From Mayamaea pseudoterrestris (taxonomy: Eukaryota): DNA of 64,000 nucleotides. Of the stretch, positions 54,901 through 64,000 are shown one piece after another. The stretch is taken from positions 186,001 through 250,000 of the forward strand of contig BROI01000005.1 of the NCBI GenBank assembly GCA_027923505.1, in the 5' to 3' direction. The notes beneath the pieces were generated by a model. It was not told the DNA's origin, did no database searches, and saw only the letters and a program-made list of their open reading frames with translations. Numbering within the stretch: the stretch's first letter is position 1; each line of letters starts with the position of its first letter. A program made the position numbers and the translations under genes.

Positions 54901-56559
54901 ATGAGCGATCAACGGTATATCAATCACGCGACGCGTGCGTCCCGACCGCTGATCATATGGCGCCGGCGCAAAGTAAAGGTGAATGCCAGCATTTGTATTT
55001 TCCGTCGACAACGGGGCATCCTCCAAGATTGGACGCAGAGACTGCGACGCGACAACTTCCTCGTCCGGTTCCCAGTCGTCAAAGTCGTGCTGGACTGCCC
55101 AGACATTGTCCATGTCATCTTCCGTTTCACCAACCAGCGGCAAAAAGTGTTCATCGTTGAATTCGTCCGGTTCAAATGAATAGGTCTTGGTCTCAACGCG
55201 AACAATTGGGTTCAGCTGCAATGGATACGTCGAGTATGCCACATTGCCATCATCCACCATTTCATCTTCCTCTCCATTTCCCACGTAGCTTGATGGCACG
55301 TAGTGATAGGCCGCCAATCGCACCTTGCGCGGCCGCGAGTTGAACACGTGCGGAAAGGCAATTTTGTATTCGGTGCGAATAGGCTGACGAATCACGACGC
55401 GATGAATGTCGTTGAATTCGTCCCAATCTTGGTCATGCTCCTGGTCGTCACGAAACAGTGGTTCAAACTTTGGTCCGCCAGGAATGGCAGCGTTCAAAGC
55501 CTTGGCTGTGAGAAAGTGTTCCTTTTCAAACAAGTACTTGTGGTTGTTATCGGGCATCAGTGTCAACATTGGTTCCGCAAGATTGTATAGCTGGGACATA
55601 ATGGGCGTACTAAGTCGCCACTCCTTGTAGGTTGGCCCATTCACGTAAACGTGACGACAAAGTGGCTCCTCCCGCGACACGCGAATGTCACTGAGCGGCT
55701 CATTCTCAAACAGCCATCCATCCAGCAATGGATATTCGTTCGGATCCAATTCCATTTTCACAGCTTCACCCGGCTCGACCGTCAACAAATGATCCGAGTA
55801 GTCCAGCGGCGGCTCCTCATCATCAAAGGCTGGAAATCGCATTCGTTTAAAGTGCAGTCGATCACGCTTCTCTCTTCGCATGAGCGTCCAAGCCATGCCC
55901 CACTGCGCCCGATAGATGGGTTCAATCACCTTTGGCGTATGATCGACAAAACTAATGGCACCAGTGATATGAAACAAGACTGGCACCTCCTTGTATGATT
56001 CCCATGGCATTGGAATATTCTCCAGCAGCTTGTAGAGTGCGTGCGGAATATATTTCAAGGCTCCCAAGTAGAGGCGCTTTTCCGACTGGTAGCGCTTGCT
56101 CGACATGTCGCCGTGGTCCTGCAAGATTTTGCGCAAAAAGTCGGCCGGGAGCTGCTCCTTTTGGGGAGCGGAAAAAGTGGTCATGCGTTTGGACGAGTAC
56201 TTTTTGGATTGCAGCTTGGCCCAGCGCTTGGTCTTTTCCTCGAGCGACAATGGTGGCGGTCCGGATGATGGCGGAGGAGGAGGTACTTGGGAGGGCGGCG
56301 GTCGAGGCAAATGATGCATTCCTGGCGGCGGCGGAAGACTGGCATCTCCGTGCTGGTGCATACTATTTCCGGGAATATAGGGATGCAATCCCGCAGGAGG
56401 CGCCATTCCGGGAGGTGGAGGTGGAAACATTCCTGGCGGAGGTGGCGGCGGCGGCAAACCATATCCGCCTTGCTGCTGCTGCATACCAGGCGGCGGAAGC
56501 ATGCCGGGAGGCGGTCCCATTCCCGGCGGTAACGGTACTCCATTGTTATTGTTTGACAT
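48964..56559 (-). CDS. PRPF8: Pre-mRNA-processing splicing factor 8 (introns 54023-54103 and 51479-51559)
   Basis: Unmistakable PRP8 sequence throughout ([75 protein letters not shown]); Pro-rich N-terminus. Confidence 0.98.
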
Positions 56560-56830
56560 TTGCAAGTCAGTTAATGCGTTGATCAGTTACATACGTTCTT
56601 GATCCCATGGTGATGTGAAAGGAAGAGTTGTCGCGAGGTGTGGTGCGACGGAAACGGACGAAGGAAAGACGAAAGATCTTGTGACGTCATCTGATGGTGA
56701 GTTTAGCTACCAAAAACTTGACTGACAAACCAGAGAAACGATGAAAAGTTAATTGAAAGGTCTATCTACCTGCATCATACAAGCAATTCATTAGCTGTAC
56801 GCATACGTTTCTGAGAGATGTTACTAGATT

Positions 56831-58177
56831 TTACGCTATCGCTGCATATGGCGTGCACTGCCAATGCCGACACTTTTGACAAGGCTCATTCATCCAAAGC
56901 GACCGATGAAAGCCAATTCGATTTCGTTGACACTGCCGATTGTTGACAATGTCGGCGCATGGATATCGAAAGTACTGCGGAAAGGTACTTTTGTAAAGCC
57001 GTTGCTGGTCCAGTCCAGCATTTTGGCGCTTGCGACTCTCGTCATCGTAGGCATTGGTATCAATGTGTACCACAGGAGTCGCTTGAACAATCATGCAGCC
57101 AATCGGTCGCTTCTTGTCTGGCTCAACTTGCTCCACTTGGCAATTGTCCAAACCAGTGTAAGGAACGGGCAATCCTTCGGCCTGGAGCGCTTCGAAGGTA
57201 ACATTATGCAATTCGTTTTGCACAATCCCGCACCAAACATTGTCAATGCCCCAGGTAGTTTGGCTGTGGTTCCACATGCCAATACCAGCATCCAATACAC
57301 TTCGAACGGCAAGCCATGCATCCTTGCGAAACATTGGTGCCTGCTGCTCGATGAAGGACGTTTCAATGCCAACGAGCTTTTGAAACTTGGCGTCATTGAC
57401 GCAGGCAGATGGATGACTCACAGCCTTCCAAAAGTTGTGCGCTTCGCGTTGCGGATTGTCAATGAGGGAAGGTTGATTGATAGCGGGATTGTGTTTGCGC
57501 AGAATGTTCCAGTAGCAGTCCCAGGCCATGTGTCGAATGACAATGTCGCCGTCGAGAAGCCAAACGTAGTCGACGGAGGATGGAAGCGAGTCTTCCGTCA
57601 AGTGATTGTACCAAAAGTAGGTTTTGAGAACCTTTTCCTTGAGAATGATTTCCACGTTTAGTTCATCCAAGCGTCCGTCAAGCTTGAAGTGGAGCGAATC
57701 GAAAGCTTTGCGGGACCAGCAAAAGAGGCGCCAACGAACGACCGTGGAACGCTTGCTTTGCATGGCGAGTATATCGAGAAGTGTTTCATCTACGTCGAGT
57801 GGCCCAAGTGTCTTGGCAATCAAGACTTCGATTGGTTTGTTGCTGTTGGTGGTGCCTTTTCCTCTGACGGAACGGAGCATTTGGATCGTGGACGACTCGT
57901 GGCTTGCCGATTTTGAATCTGCTGAATCAGTCGCCGAATCAGTCGTTGAAGGGGGCGCGACCCTTGTAGATTGTTTCTTACTCCTCCATTCCTGGCGGGC
58001 AAGCTGTCGATGCTGCTGTCGCTTCGTTCCCCTGTCCAAGTCTTGAAGTAGATGTTGACCGGAGCGTTGCATGGCCGCGACGCCTTCTTCCATCGGCTGA
58101 CCGACCAAGCACATCATGTTCAGTACCTGCATTAGAAAGCACAAGCCGAAGAAAAAGTAGAAGCAAGCGCTTCTCAT
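56831..58177 (-). CDS. Type II membrane GT-A-like protein (DUF707-like putative glycosyltransferase)
   Basis: N-terminal anchor; DYVWLLDGDI (DxD), QPSL, FIEQQAPMFRKDAW, WGIDNVW and PVVH. Confidence 0.7.
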   Translation of the reverse strand: MRSACFYFFFGLCFLMQVLNMMCLVGQPMEEGVAAMQRSGQHLLQDLDRGTKRQQHRQLARQEWRSKKQSTRVAPPSTTDSATDSADSKSASHESSTIQMLRSVRGKGTTNSNKPIEVLIAKTLGPLDVDETLLDILAMQSKRSTVVRWRLFCWSRKAFDSLHFKLDGRLDELNVEIILKEKVLKTYFWYNHLTEDSLPSSVDYVWLLDGDIVIRHMAWDCYWNILRKHNPAINQPSLIDNPQREAHNFWKAVSHPSACVNDAKFQKLVGIETSFIEQQAPMFRKDAWLAVRSVLDAGIGMWNHSQTTWGIDNVWCGIVQNELHNVTFEALQAEGLPVPYTGLDNCQVEQVEPDKKRPIGCMIVQATPVVHIDTNAYDDESRKRQNAGLDQQRLYKSTFPQYFRYPCADIVNNRQCQRNRIGFHRSLWMNEPCQKCRHWQCTPYAAIA

Positions 58178-58330
58178 GGTAGGATTTGAGTTTCTAGGTT
58201 ATCGACGCGAGCAAGCGCTTTAATGTTTAGGTGATCTATTGCGCGCATTTCCAAGGGGTAGGCTACATACGTATCAAGTCACTTCGTAGAGCCATATAAG
58301 CATAAGTGGGGGCACAGACGGTTTAAGTAA

Positions 58331-58515
58331 GAGTCACATTGACTGGAAAGGCCAACCTGGCGTATGGGTGATCGTATCAATGGTGAAAGTTAAGCTCGGA
58401 GGCGAAAGCCTCTGCACTGAAGGGAGGGCTTATATCGAACACTCATGCATTGCGATGTGTCAGTCATTAAGGTAGCACGTGAACCGACGTGAAAGTCGAT
58501 ACGATTGGCGGACTC
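58331..58515 (+). ncRNA. Candidate structured non-coding RNA (family unassigned)
   Basis: Several complementary segments and a GAAA-capped hairpin in an intergenic region with no convincing ORF; see findings. Confidence 0.3.
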
Positions 58516-58932
58516 AAGTGCCGCGCAAAATTGTCACTCAATCTTTTCTGTTCGCATCCTGGGTGCTATGTTAACGATAACAGAAGTGCCTTGGGAGAAG
58601 TAAGCCCGTCCATCGACGCCATACGCATGCATTTCTACCATCATCCGCTTCTGTTACTCGAGTGTGAAAGGAAATCAACCATTCGCGAATGAAAACGTTG
58701 ATTTACTGCAAGCTTATGCGCATCTTTAGCAAAGAGACGTGACACGGCCTTCAAAAGTTGAACAGCAAGTGGGTTTTCACCAATTTATTGCAGTCGAAGC
58801 AACCATACAGGCATGGCCATGCTACGCTTAATTCATTAACAATCACAGCAAAAGATGATATATGTCAAAATAAAGTTTAGTATGCATTTGAAAGACGCTG
58901 GTATAGCTGTGTGGCTTGCGAAAAGTCACCAT

Positions 58933-59469
58933 TTAGCTTAAACCAGGGACAATCTTGTTTTGAAGGTTTTCCTCTCGTGTACGCTTGCCGGCCCAGTCAA
59001 ATCCTGGTCCTGATCCCAATAGACTGGCACTCTGTTGCTTCTTGTACCCGCCGCGGGCATAGTCCTTGTCTTCCCGCAGCCACTTGAGTCGTTTGGCACC
59101 AAAGACATCACTATTATCCCAGCTTCCCCCTCGCACCATGTAGGGAATGTCTTTTTTGGCAATGAGACCTTTACGAAGCTTTTCCTGAAAGTTAAAGGGG
59201 GCAAATGCATGGTCTGCCTCGCCGCGCTCATAAGCCTTTTGCCAGGCTTCCATGGAGCGAGACTTGAATCCACGGGGACCCAGACGACCCAAGTCAACTC
59301 CTTTGTATTTGATAGCTTCTTGCTTCTTGATCTTGTTGTATTCTTGCGCGGTCAAACCGTCCGGAACATAGGCAAAGAGAGCGGTTGGTTGATGCGTAGG
59401 TGTTGGCGTGCTTGTAAATGCATATGCTGTTCCAGTAAGGAGGCTCAGGATGAGTGCAGTAGTCTTCAT
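58933..59469 (-). CDS. Small basic putatively plastid-targeted hypothetical protein
   Basis: MKTTALILSLLTGTAYA-F signal plus S/T/P-rich transit peptide; mature part YVPDGLTAQEY...DIPYMVRGGSWDNSD. Confidence 0.75.
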   Translation of the reverse strand: MKTTALILSLLTGTAYAFTSTPTPTHQPTALFAYVPDGLTAQEYNKIKKQEAIKYKGVDLGRLGPRGFKSRSMEAWQKAYERGEADHAFAPFNFQEKLRKGLIAKKDIPYMVRGGSWDNSDVFGAKRLKWLREDKDYARGGYKKQQSASLLGSGPGFDWAGKRTREENLQNKIVPGLS

Positions 59470-59666
59470 TGTGTCTGCTTTTGTAGTAATGGGGTTGTAG
59501 GCTGTCGGTGTTTTAATTGTGAGCCGATTTCACTGCAGTGGCTAGGATCATCGACGGGATGACTAATCGCAATGATTCAGGATGGTTAGCTGACACAGTA
59601 CAGTATATACCATAGTCCATCCAGCCGCTTTGCTGATTCATTGAAAGCGTCACGGTTCACGTCAGT

Positions 59667-59690
59667 CTGAGTCATTTCACGATGACTCAG
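59667..59690. promoter_or_regulatory. Inverted pair of AP-1/bZIP-like sites
   Basis: CTGAGTCAT-ttcacg-ATGACTCAG, about 200 bp upstream of the ATG at 59469. Confidence 0.45.
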
Positions 59691-59956
59691 TGTCTCTCTC
59701 GATGAAACAGCTCACTTAAGCACGATTTGAAACGAACAAGGTTGACAGTGAGTTGAAGTGGTGCGACAGTGGATGGCGCTGATGCCGACTGCCAGAGAAG
59801 ATAATATAAAATGCCAAGTCAAACAGTCGAACATCTTCCTGTCTATAGCAAAGCATTCACGCTGTACAACAACACTGATTTCCGGCAACTATGCATACAT
59901 CGTAGAAGAATCACATACAGAAAGCTTACTTTACACTCGCGAAGTACATGTTTTGC

Positions 59957-60790
59957 TCATTCAAAGTCGTCCTCGCAATCATATTCCGTTTCTGACTCTT
60001 CAATTGCTCCAAGCTTGTCACATTTGGTAGTAAATGGACCCCGAGAAAGCGACTGGCCCACCCAACAAGTTACATCTGGCTCGTTACGAAGAAATTGCTT
60101 CCAAGCCATGCTGCAGCTAGGATCAACGACTCGCACCACTTGGTCCAGCCAGTCCTGCAAATGTGGTATTTGCGAACGAAGCAATTCCTGCAGCATGACC
60201 AACCCTCGACCGACAATGCCAGTCGTAGCCTGCCTTTCTTGCTTTCCCATGACTGGAAACAAGCAGTTCTCTTGGTCCTGCAGTCGCGGCAGAGAAGGAA
60301 TTCTTGGAGCAGCTATTGACGAAGAGCTCCTCGAATCGGCGTGACTTGTACTCCGTTCACCAGCGCAACCTACTTTTTCTTCTTCCTCGTCAAGAAGGTT
60401 TTGATATAGCTGAACAATTTGCGAAAGACTTCGTTTGCAAGTGGCGCTGCTGCTGCTGCTGCAAGTGCTCGCAAACTCTGGTAATCCAGTAATCGTTAGT
60501 TCGTATTCCACGGCATCGTCTTCAGGACAGTTTGTTGCAATGGCTGTCTTGTTCAGTGATCGAGGGCGCCGCTTATGCTTCGAGTTACTTCTTTGCTGAT
60601 TGCAGTCCAGTAGCAATGCATGAATGAGAGTTGCCGTGTCGATGCGAGCGTCTTGCACGGTGACTTCGATGCGACAAGTCTCGTCATGCAGTATCGTTTG
60701 CTCCATTTGCTGCTGCTCATGCGTCAAAGAGTAGTTATGGAAAGATTTCTCCAGAGGGGGAAACACACCTGGAGCTGCATATGCTGACAT
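59957..60790 (-). CDS. Hypothetical protein, possibly divergent PX-domain-like
   Basis: VEYELTI...CKRSLSQIVQLYQNL...IPSLP...LQDWLDQVV...WKQFL follows the PX-like pattern. Confidence 0.55.
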   Translation of the reverse strand: MSAYAAPGVFPPLEKSFHNYSLTHEQQQMEQTILHDETCRIEVTVQDARIDTATLIHALLLDCNQQRSNSKHKRRPRSLNKTAIATNCPEDDAVEYELTITGLPEFASTCSSSSSATCKRSLSQIVQLYQNLLDEEEEKVGCAGERSTSHADSRSSSSIAAPRIPSLPRLQDQENCLFPVMGKQERQATTGIVGRGLVMLQELLRSQIPHLQDWLDQVVRVVDPSCSMAWKQFLRNEPDVTCWVGQSLSRGPFTTKCDKLGAIEESETEYDCEDDFE

Positions 60791-61451
60791 GCTGAAATTG
60801 TGTGAGGATTGCTGGCAATATGGAGATGCGCGTGAAAACGCGTTTCACTTGCAAACCCTGCAATTTAAGAAGGAAAAGCACTATGAGATATTGCCTTGGG
60901 TTGTATTGGCCGTGCGCACAGCTTGTATTCAAAAAGGAATAATTTTCGGAGCGAGCTTCATTTTGCCATTTCGAGCGACAGCATTGGTTCGCAGTTCGCA
61001 TGAACCTCACTGGTTCAGCAGCTCATACAGCAAGAAAGATGCATGATTTGAACCATGAGGAGATTGTACCACTGCTGATCCGGTATGCTGTCAATGCATC
61101 ACTCACCTCTTTCGTTCTATGGACACTTGCTTCGTTTGTTTCGGAAGTCCATTGCTCGCAGGTCCAAGGCCATTGAATTCCATCGTCGTCGAGGGTTGAC
61201 GATGCGAGTTTTTGGCGGCCGACGTGGCATTTGTACAGCTTTAGTGACAGTGCAGTTTAGCTGATGACAAAATGAAACGTCCGGGTTTCGTCATCAGTTG
61301 CTCACGATGCGACATTTTTCGAACGATCGATCGCGCTCACTTCTTTGCTTCTTTGACGATCAACCTTTTGCCAGAGCCAATGAAAGATGATGGTCACTGC
61401 AATTCCTGCCTGCCAAACTCTGCACGTATAGTAATCTTGTCCGATATCATT

Positions 61452-62186
61452 ATGACAAACGATGCAGACAGCAGCCGACAAATCAGCTCAGAATTAGTTT
61501 TGCCGAAGCAAAACTGTGACTACAACTCGCTCCACTACTGGGAGGACCGATTCTCCAAGGAACCAAACTACGAGTGGCTCCTTTCCTACCAGCAGCTACA
61601 AGCAACCTTGTCCAAGTATTTGTGTAAACCATCATGTCGAATACTGATTGTTGGCTGTGGTAATGCTCCATTCTCTAAAGACTTGTACGACGCCGGCTAT
61701 GAAAATATTGTCAACATTGACTACTCGAGTGTCGTCGTTCATGCCATGCGACAACAACATGCAATGTTGCGACCAAAGATGGAGTGGTTAGTCATGGACA
61801 TGACCAATTTGACGTTTGAGGATGCGTCGTTTGATGTGGTGATTGACAAGGCTGCCTTTGACGCCATGCTTGCCGACGAGGGCGACGTTTGGAAGCCAAA
61901 CCATTCTTCCATTGACGCTGGCTATGACGCTTGTCGGTCCATTTCCAGAGTGCTCACGCCAAACGGCGGAGTCTTCTTGCAAATATCCTTGGTGCAGCCG
62001 CATTTTCGAAAGAAGTACTTGCTTGGATGGCACCAGAGCCAAGACTCGAACGTTTTGGAAGAGTCTTATGCAAAGGAGTTTGCATGGTCGCTGCAAATAC
62101 AAAGCGCGACGGAGGAAGCCGAGAACTCCTTTGGCCATTTTCTATACGTCATGACCAAGCAGGACAAAGCGAACGAGCCAATTTAA
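61452..62186 (+). CDS. EEF1A lysine methyltransferase 4-like class I methyltransferase
   Basis: YWEDRF..YEWL, ILIVGCGNAPFS, NIDYS, MDMTNL.FEDASFDVVIDKAAFDAM and QPHFRKKYL. Confidence 0.88.
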   Translation: MTNDADSSRQISSELVLPKQNCDYNSLHYWEDRFSKEPNYEWLLSYQQLQATLSKYLCKPSCRILIVGCGNAPFSKDLYDAGYENIVNIDYSSVVVHAMRQQHAMLRPKMEWLVMDMTNLTFEDASFDVVIDKAAFDAMLADEGDVWKPNHSSIDAGYDACRSISRVLTPNGGVFLQISLVQPHFRKKYLLGWHQSQDSNVLEESYAKEFAWSLQIQSATEEAENSFGHFLYVMTKQDKANEPI

Positions 62187-62307
62187 TCTGGACAGTGACG
62201 TGACGAAAGAACTGTGTGGGTGGCTATTCTTTTATATATGTAAACCGGTACATGCTAAAGTATTACTTGAAACTATTCAAACATAAGAATGTCTTAGTAG
62301 CCTAGAA

Positions 62308-63869
62308 TCAGCCTTTGGTAGCAGTTCGAAGAGTGCGGCATACTTCGCATGGCGCGTTTCTCCATGTATGTTTCTCGTTGTAAAAGGTGCAAGCATTGCA
62401 ACTCCACGGCCCAATAAGACTATACGTGGAAGGACGACCGCGTAATTTCGCTGTGCTACTGCTTTTAACATACGTGGACTTAGAATGCTGGATCGGTTCT
62501 TGCGGCGGCGTGATAATGTTGTTGTCATCGCCGCGATCGGAGAGACCTTTGTCGTCATTTTCCTTGGAGACTTCATACACGCTAATGTCGTCTTCGGATG
62601 CTGAAGAGGAAGCAATGGAATAGGCGTCATGATCCGGCGCACAGGGGGCGTCATCCTCAGCAGTGACTGCCGAGTGCACTTGAAGATTGGTAGGATCGGA
62701 ATCATGAATCAGGCCATTATCAACATCATGGTGGACTTTATCGTCCCCTGTCGCTGCTGCATCCTCCATGACATCATCCTGACGAGCAGCAGATTCGGCG
62801 TAATCCTTATTAAATTCTTCATCAATTTCATGAGCAGCAGGTTTGACATTATCGTTGCCACCGTCGCTATCCGCACTGGACGTGGGCTCCTCGCTTTTGA
62901 CCTGCGCACGCCTTTCTCGTTCCTCCTGTATCAGCTTGTCAAACCCATGCTTCAGCTTTTTGTTCATTTGCGGATTGCTCGCGTTCAACGCGGACTTTGC
63001 GCTCCGCTTGCCCCACGACGATTGCCTGCGCGCACGTTCCTGGACGGCCAGCTGTGACACAATTTCCGCATGCGATTTAGGATGCAGCGAATCACATTCG
63101 GCGTTCCACGCCGTGACGAATGTTTTGTGACGCTCAATGAGCTCCTGGTCATTGCCGTCGATTGCAAGGCCTTCCGCGCGGCAAACCTTTCGCAGCGCCT
63201 CCTTCTTCAGATTGCCGTAGATGCGACGACTCTTTTTTGCGTGCGCCGAAGGAAAGACTTGAACGTTTATTGTATCTATTCCAATGTCGGCAGCAGCAAT
63301 CGCACTCGCAGCATGAACGTTGCGTGCCGAGCATCGTTCTGCTCGTTCATCCTGCGCAGGCAGCTCAGAATTAGCAGTAGCTAGATCATTTGATTTGGCA
63401 GATACAACAGTCTTGAGTCCTTCTCTCATACGTTCAAAGCTCGAAACAATCTTTTGCAACTGATGATTCGGATAAAACGCCTTGCAAAAGTCCCGTCCCG
63501 ACGTTTCCACCTCGGCGTTGCAGGACGGACAGTGCGGCTTGACCAAAAACTCGCTCTTGCTCATGCCGTTGGACAGCAAGTGCGTGCGAATGCAAACGGA
63601 GCAAAAGGTGTGCTTGCAGGCAACCAAAGAGACTGGAACATTGAAGAATTCGCGACATATTTCGCAGCGCAAATGCTCCTCGAAATCGCAGAGTGGAGGA
63701 AATGATGGCTTCCATATTTCTGAAAGTAGAAAGCAAAAAGGAAATGTGACAATGAGAAACGATGAGAGTCGTGGAGCAATCGCAAGCAATCACATTCAAG
63801 CCCATCATTTTGCTTACGTTCGTCATCCAATTCATCAACCATGAGGTCAAGCTTGTTGTCTTTCTCCAT
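62308..63869 (-). CDS. RAD18: RAD18-like RING E3 ligase (RING, SAP and C-terminal RanBP2-type zinc finger; intron 63720-63817)
   Basis: LRCEICREFF..CKHTFCSVCIR..CPSC; YGNLKKEALRKVC..GLAIDGNDQELIERH..WNAECDS; WSCNACTFYN..CEVC. Exon 1 splices in frame (LDDEQ|IWKP). Confidence 0.82.
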
Positions 63870-64000
63870 GATGTACGTATTTTTTGACCAGACGTTATAT
63901 CAGCGAGAAAGTGAAGCGGCAGCAGAAGCAATCCCATGGCGCAAGGCGCGCGTCGTCCAATGCTCGCCGACAGTGACGTCATGAGTACCGGTGCGAGTCG

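Noticed and set aside
48964..56559. Intein in PRP8
   Set aside because: The spliced sequence is collinear at WEKAS-GFEE; only two 81-bp introns interrupt the gene.
61261..61297. Hammerhead ribozyme (CTGATGA...GAAA)
   Set aside because: There is no stem II between the core motifs, and CTGATGA is itself sequestered by GTCATCAG.
47415..62186. Two related methyltransferases as a functional cluster
   Set aside because: They are highly divergent, about 13 kb apart and separated by unrelated genes.

Overview
Gene-dense eukaryotic nuclear DNA with about 31 protein-coding loci and short GT-AG introns. Bipartite signal+F plastid-targeting peptides and the HSF, RING-H2, RNI-like and metzincin families point to a diatom-like stramenopile (inference; species not determined). 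Recognisable housekeeping genes include VPS33, CTNNBL1, UTP7/WDR46, TFIIH p62, PRP8 and RAD18. The standout feature is a head-to-head pair at 24106-27565: an ArsJ-type MFS exporter and an ArsJ-associated (Gap3-type) GAPDH. This is the bacterial two-gene arsenate-detoxification module, here intron-containing and sharing a 607-bp promoter with candidate phosphate-starvation (YGAATCTH) elements; an atypical diflavin reductase lies next to it. Other oddities: a Lin0512-like domain fused to two HSF DNA-binding domains, an intron at the canonical PRP8 intein site, a plastid-targeted NSF-D1-only ATPase, a frameshifted RNI-like gene with a 51-bp tandem duplication, and a candidate structured ncRNA at about 58330-58515. 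I saw no rRNA, tRNA, CRISPR array or clear transposon. All family assignments are from motif recognition by eye, not database searches.
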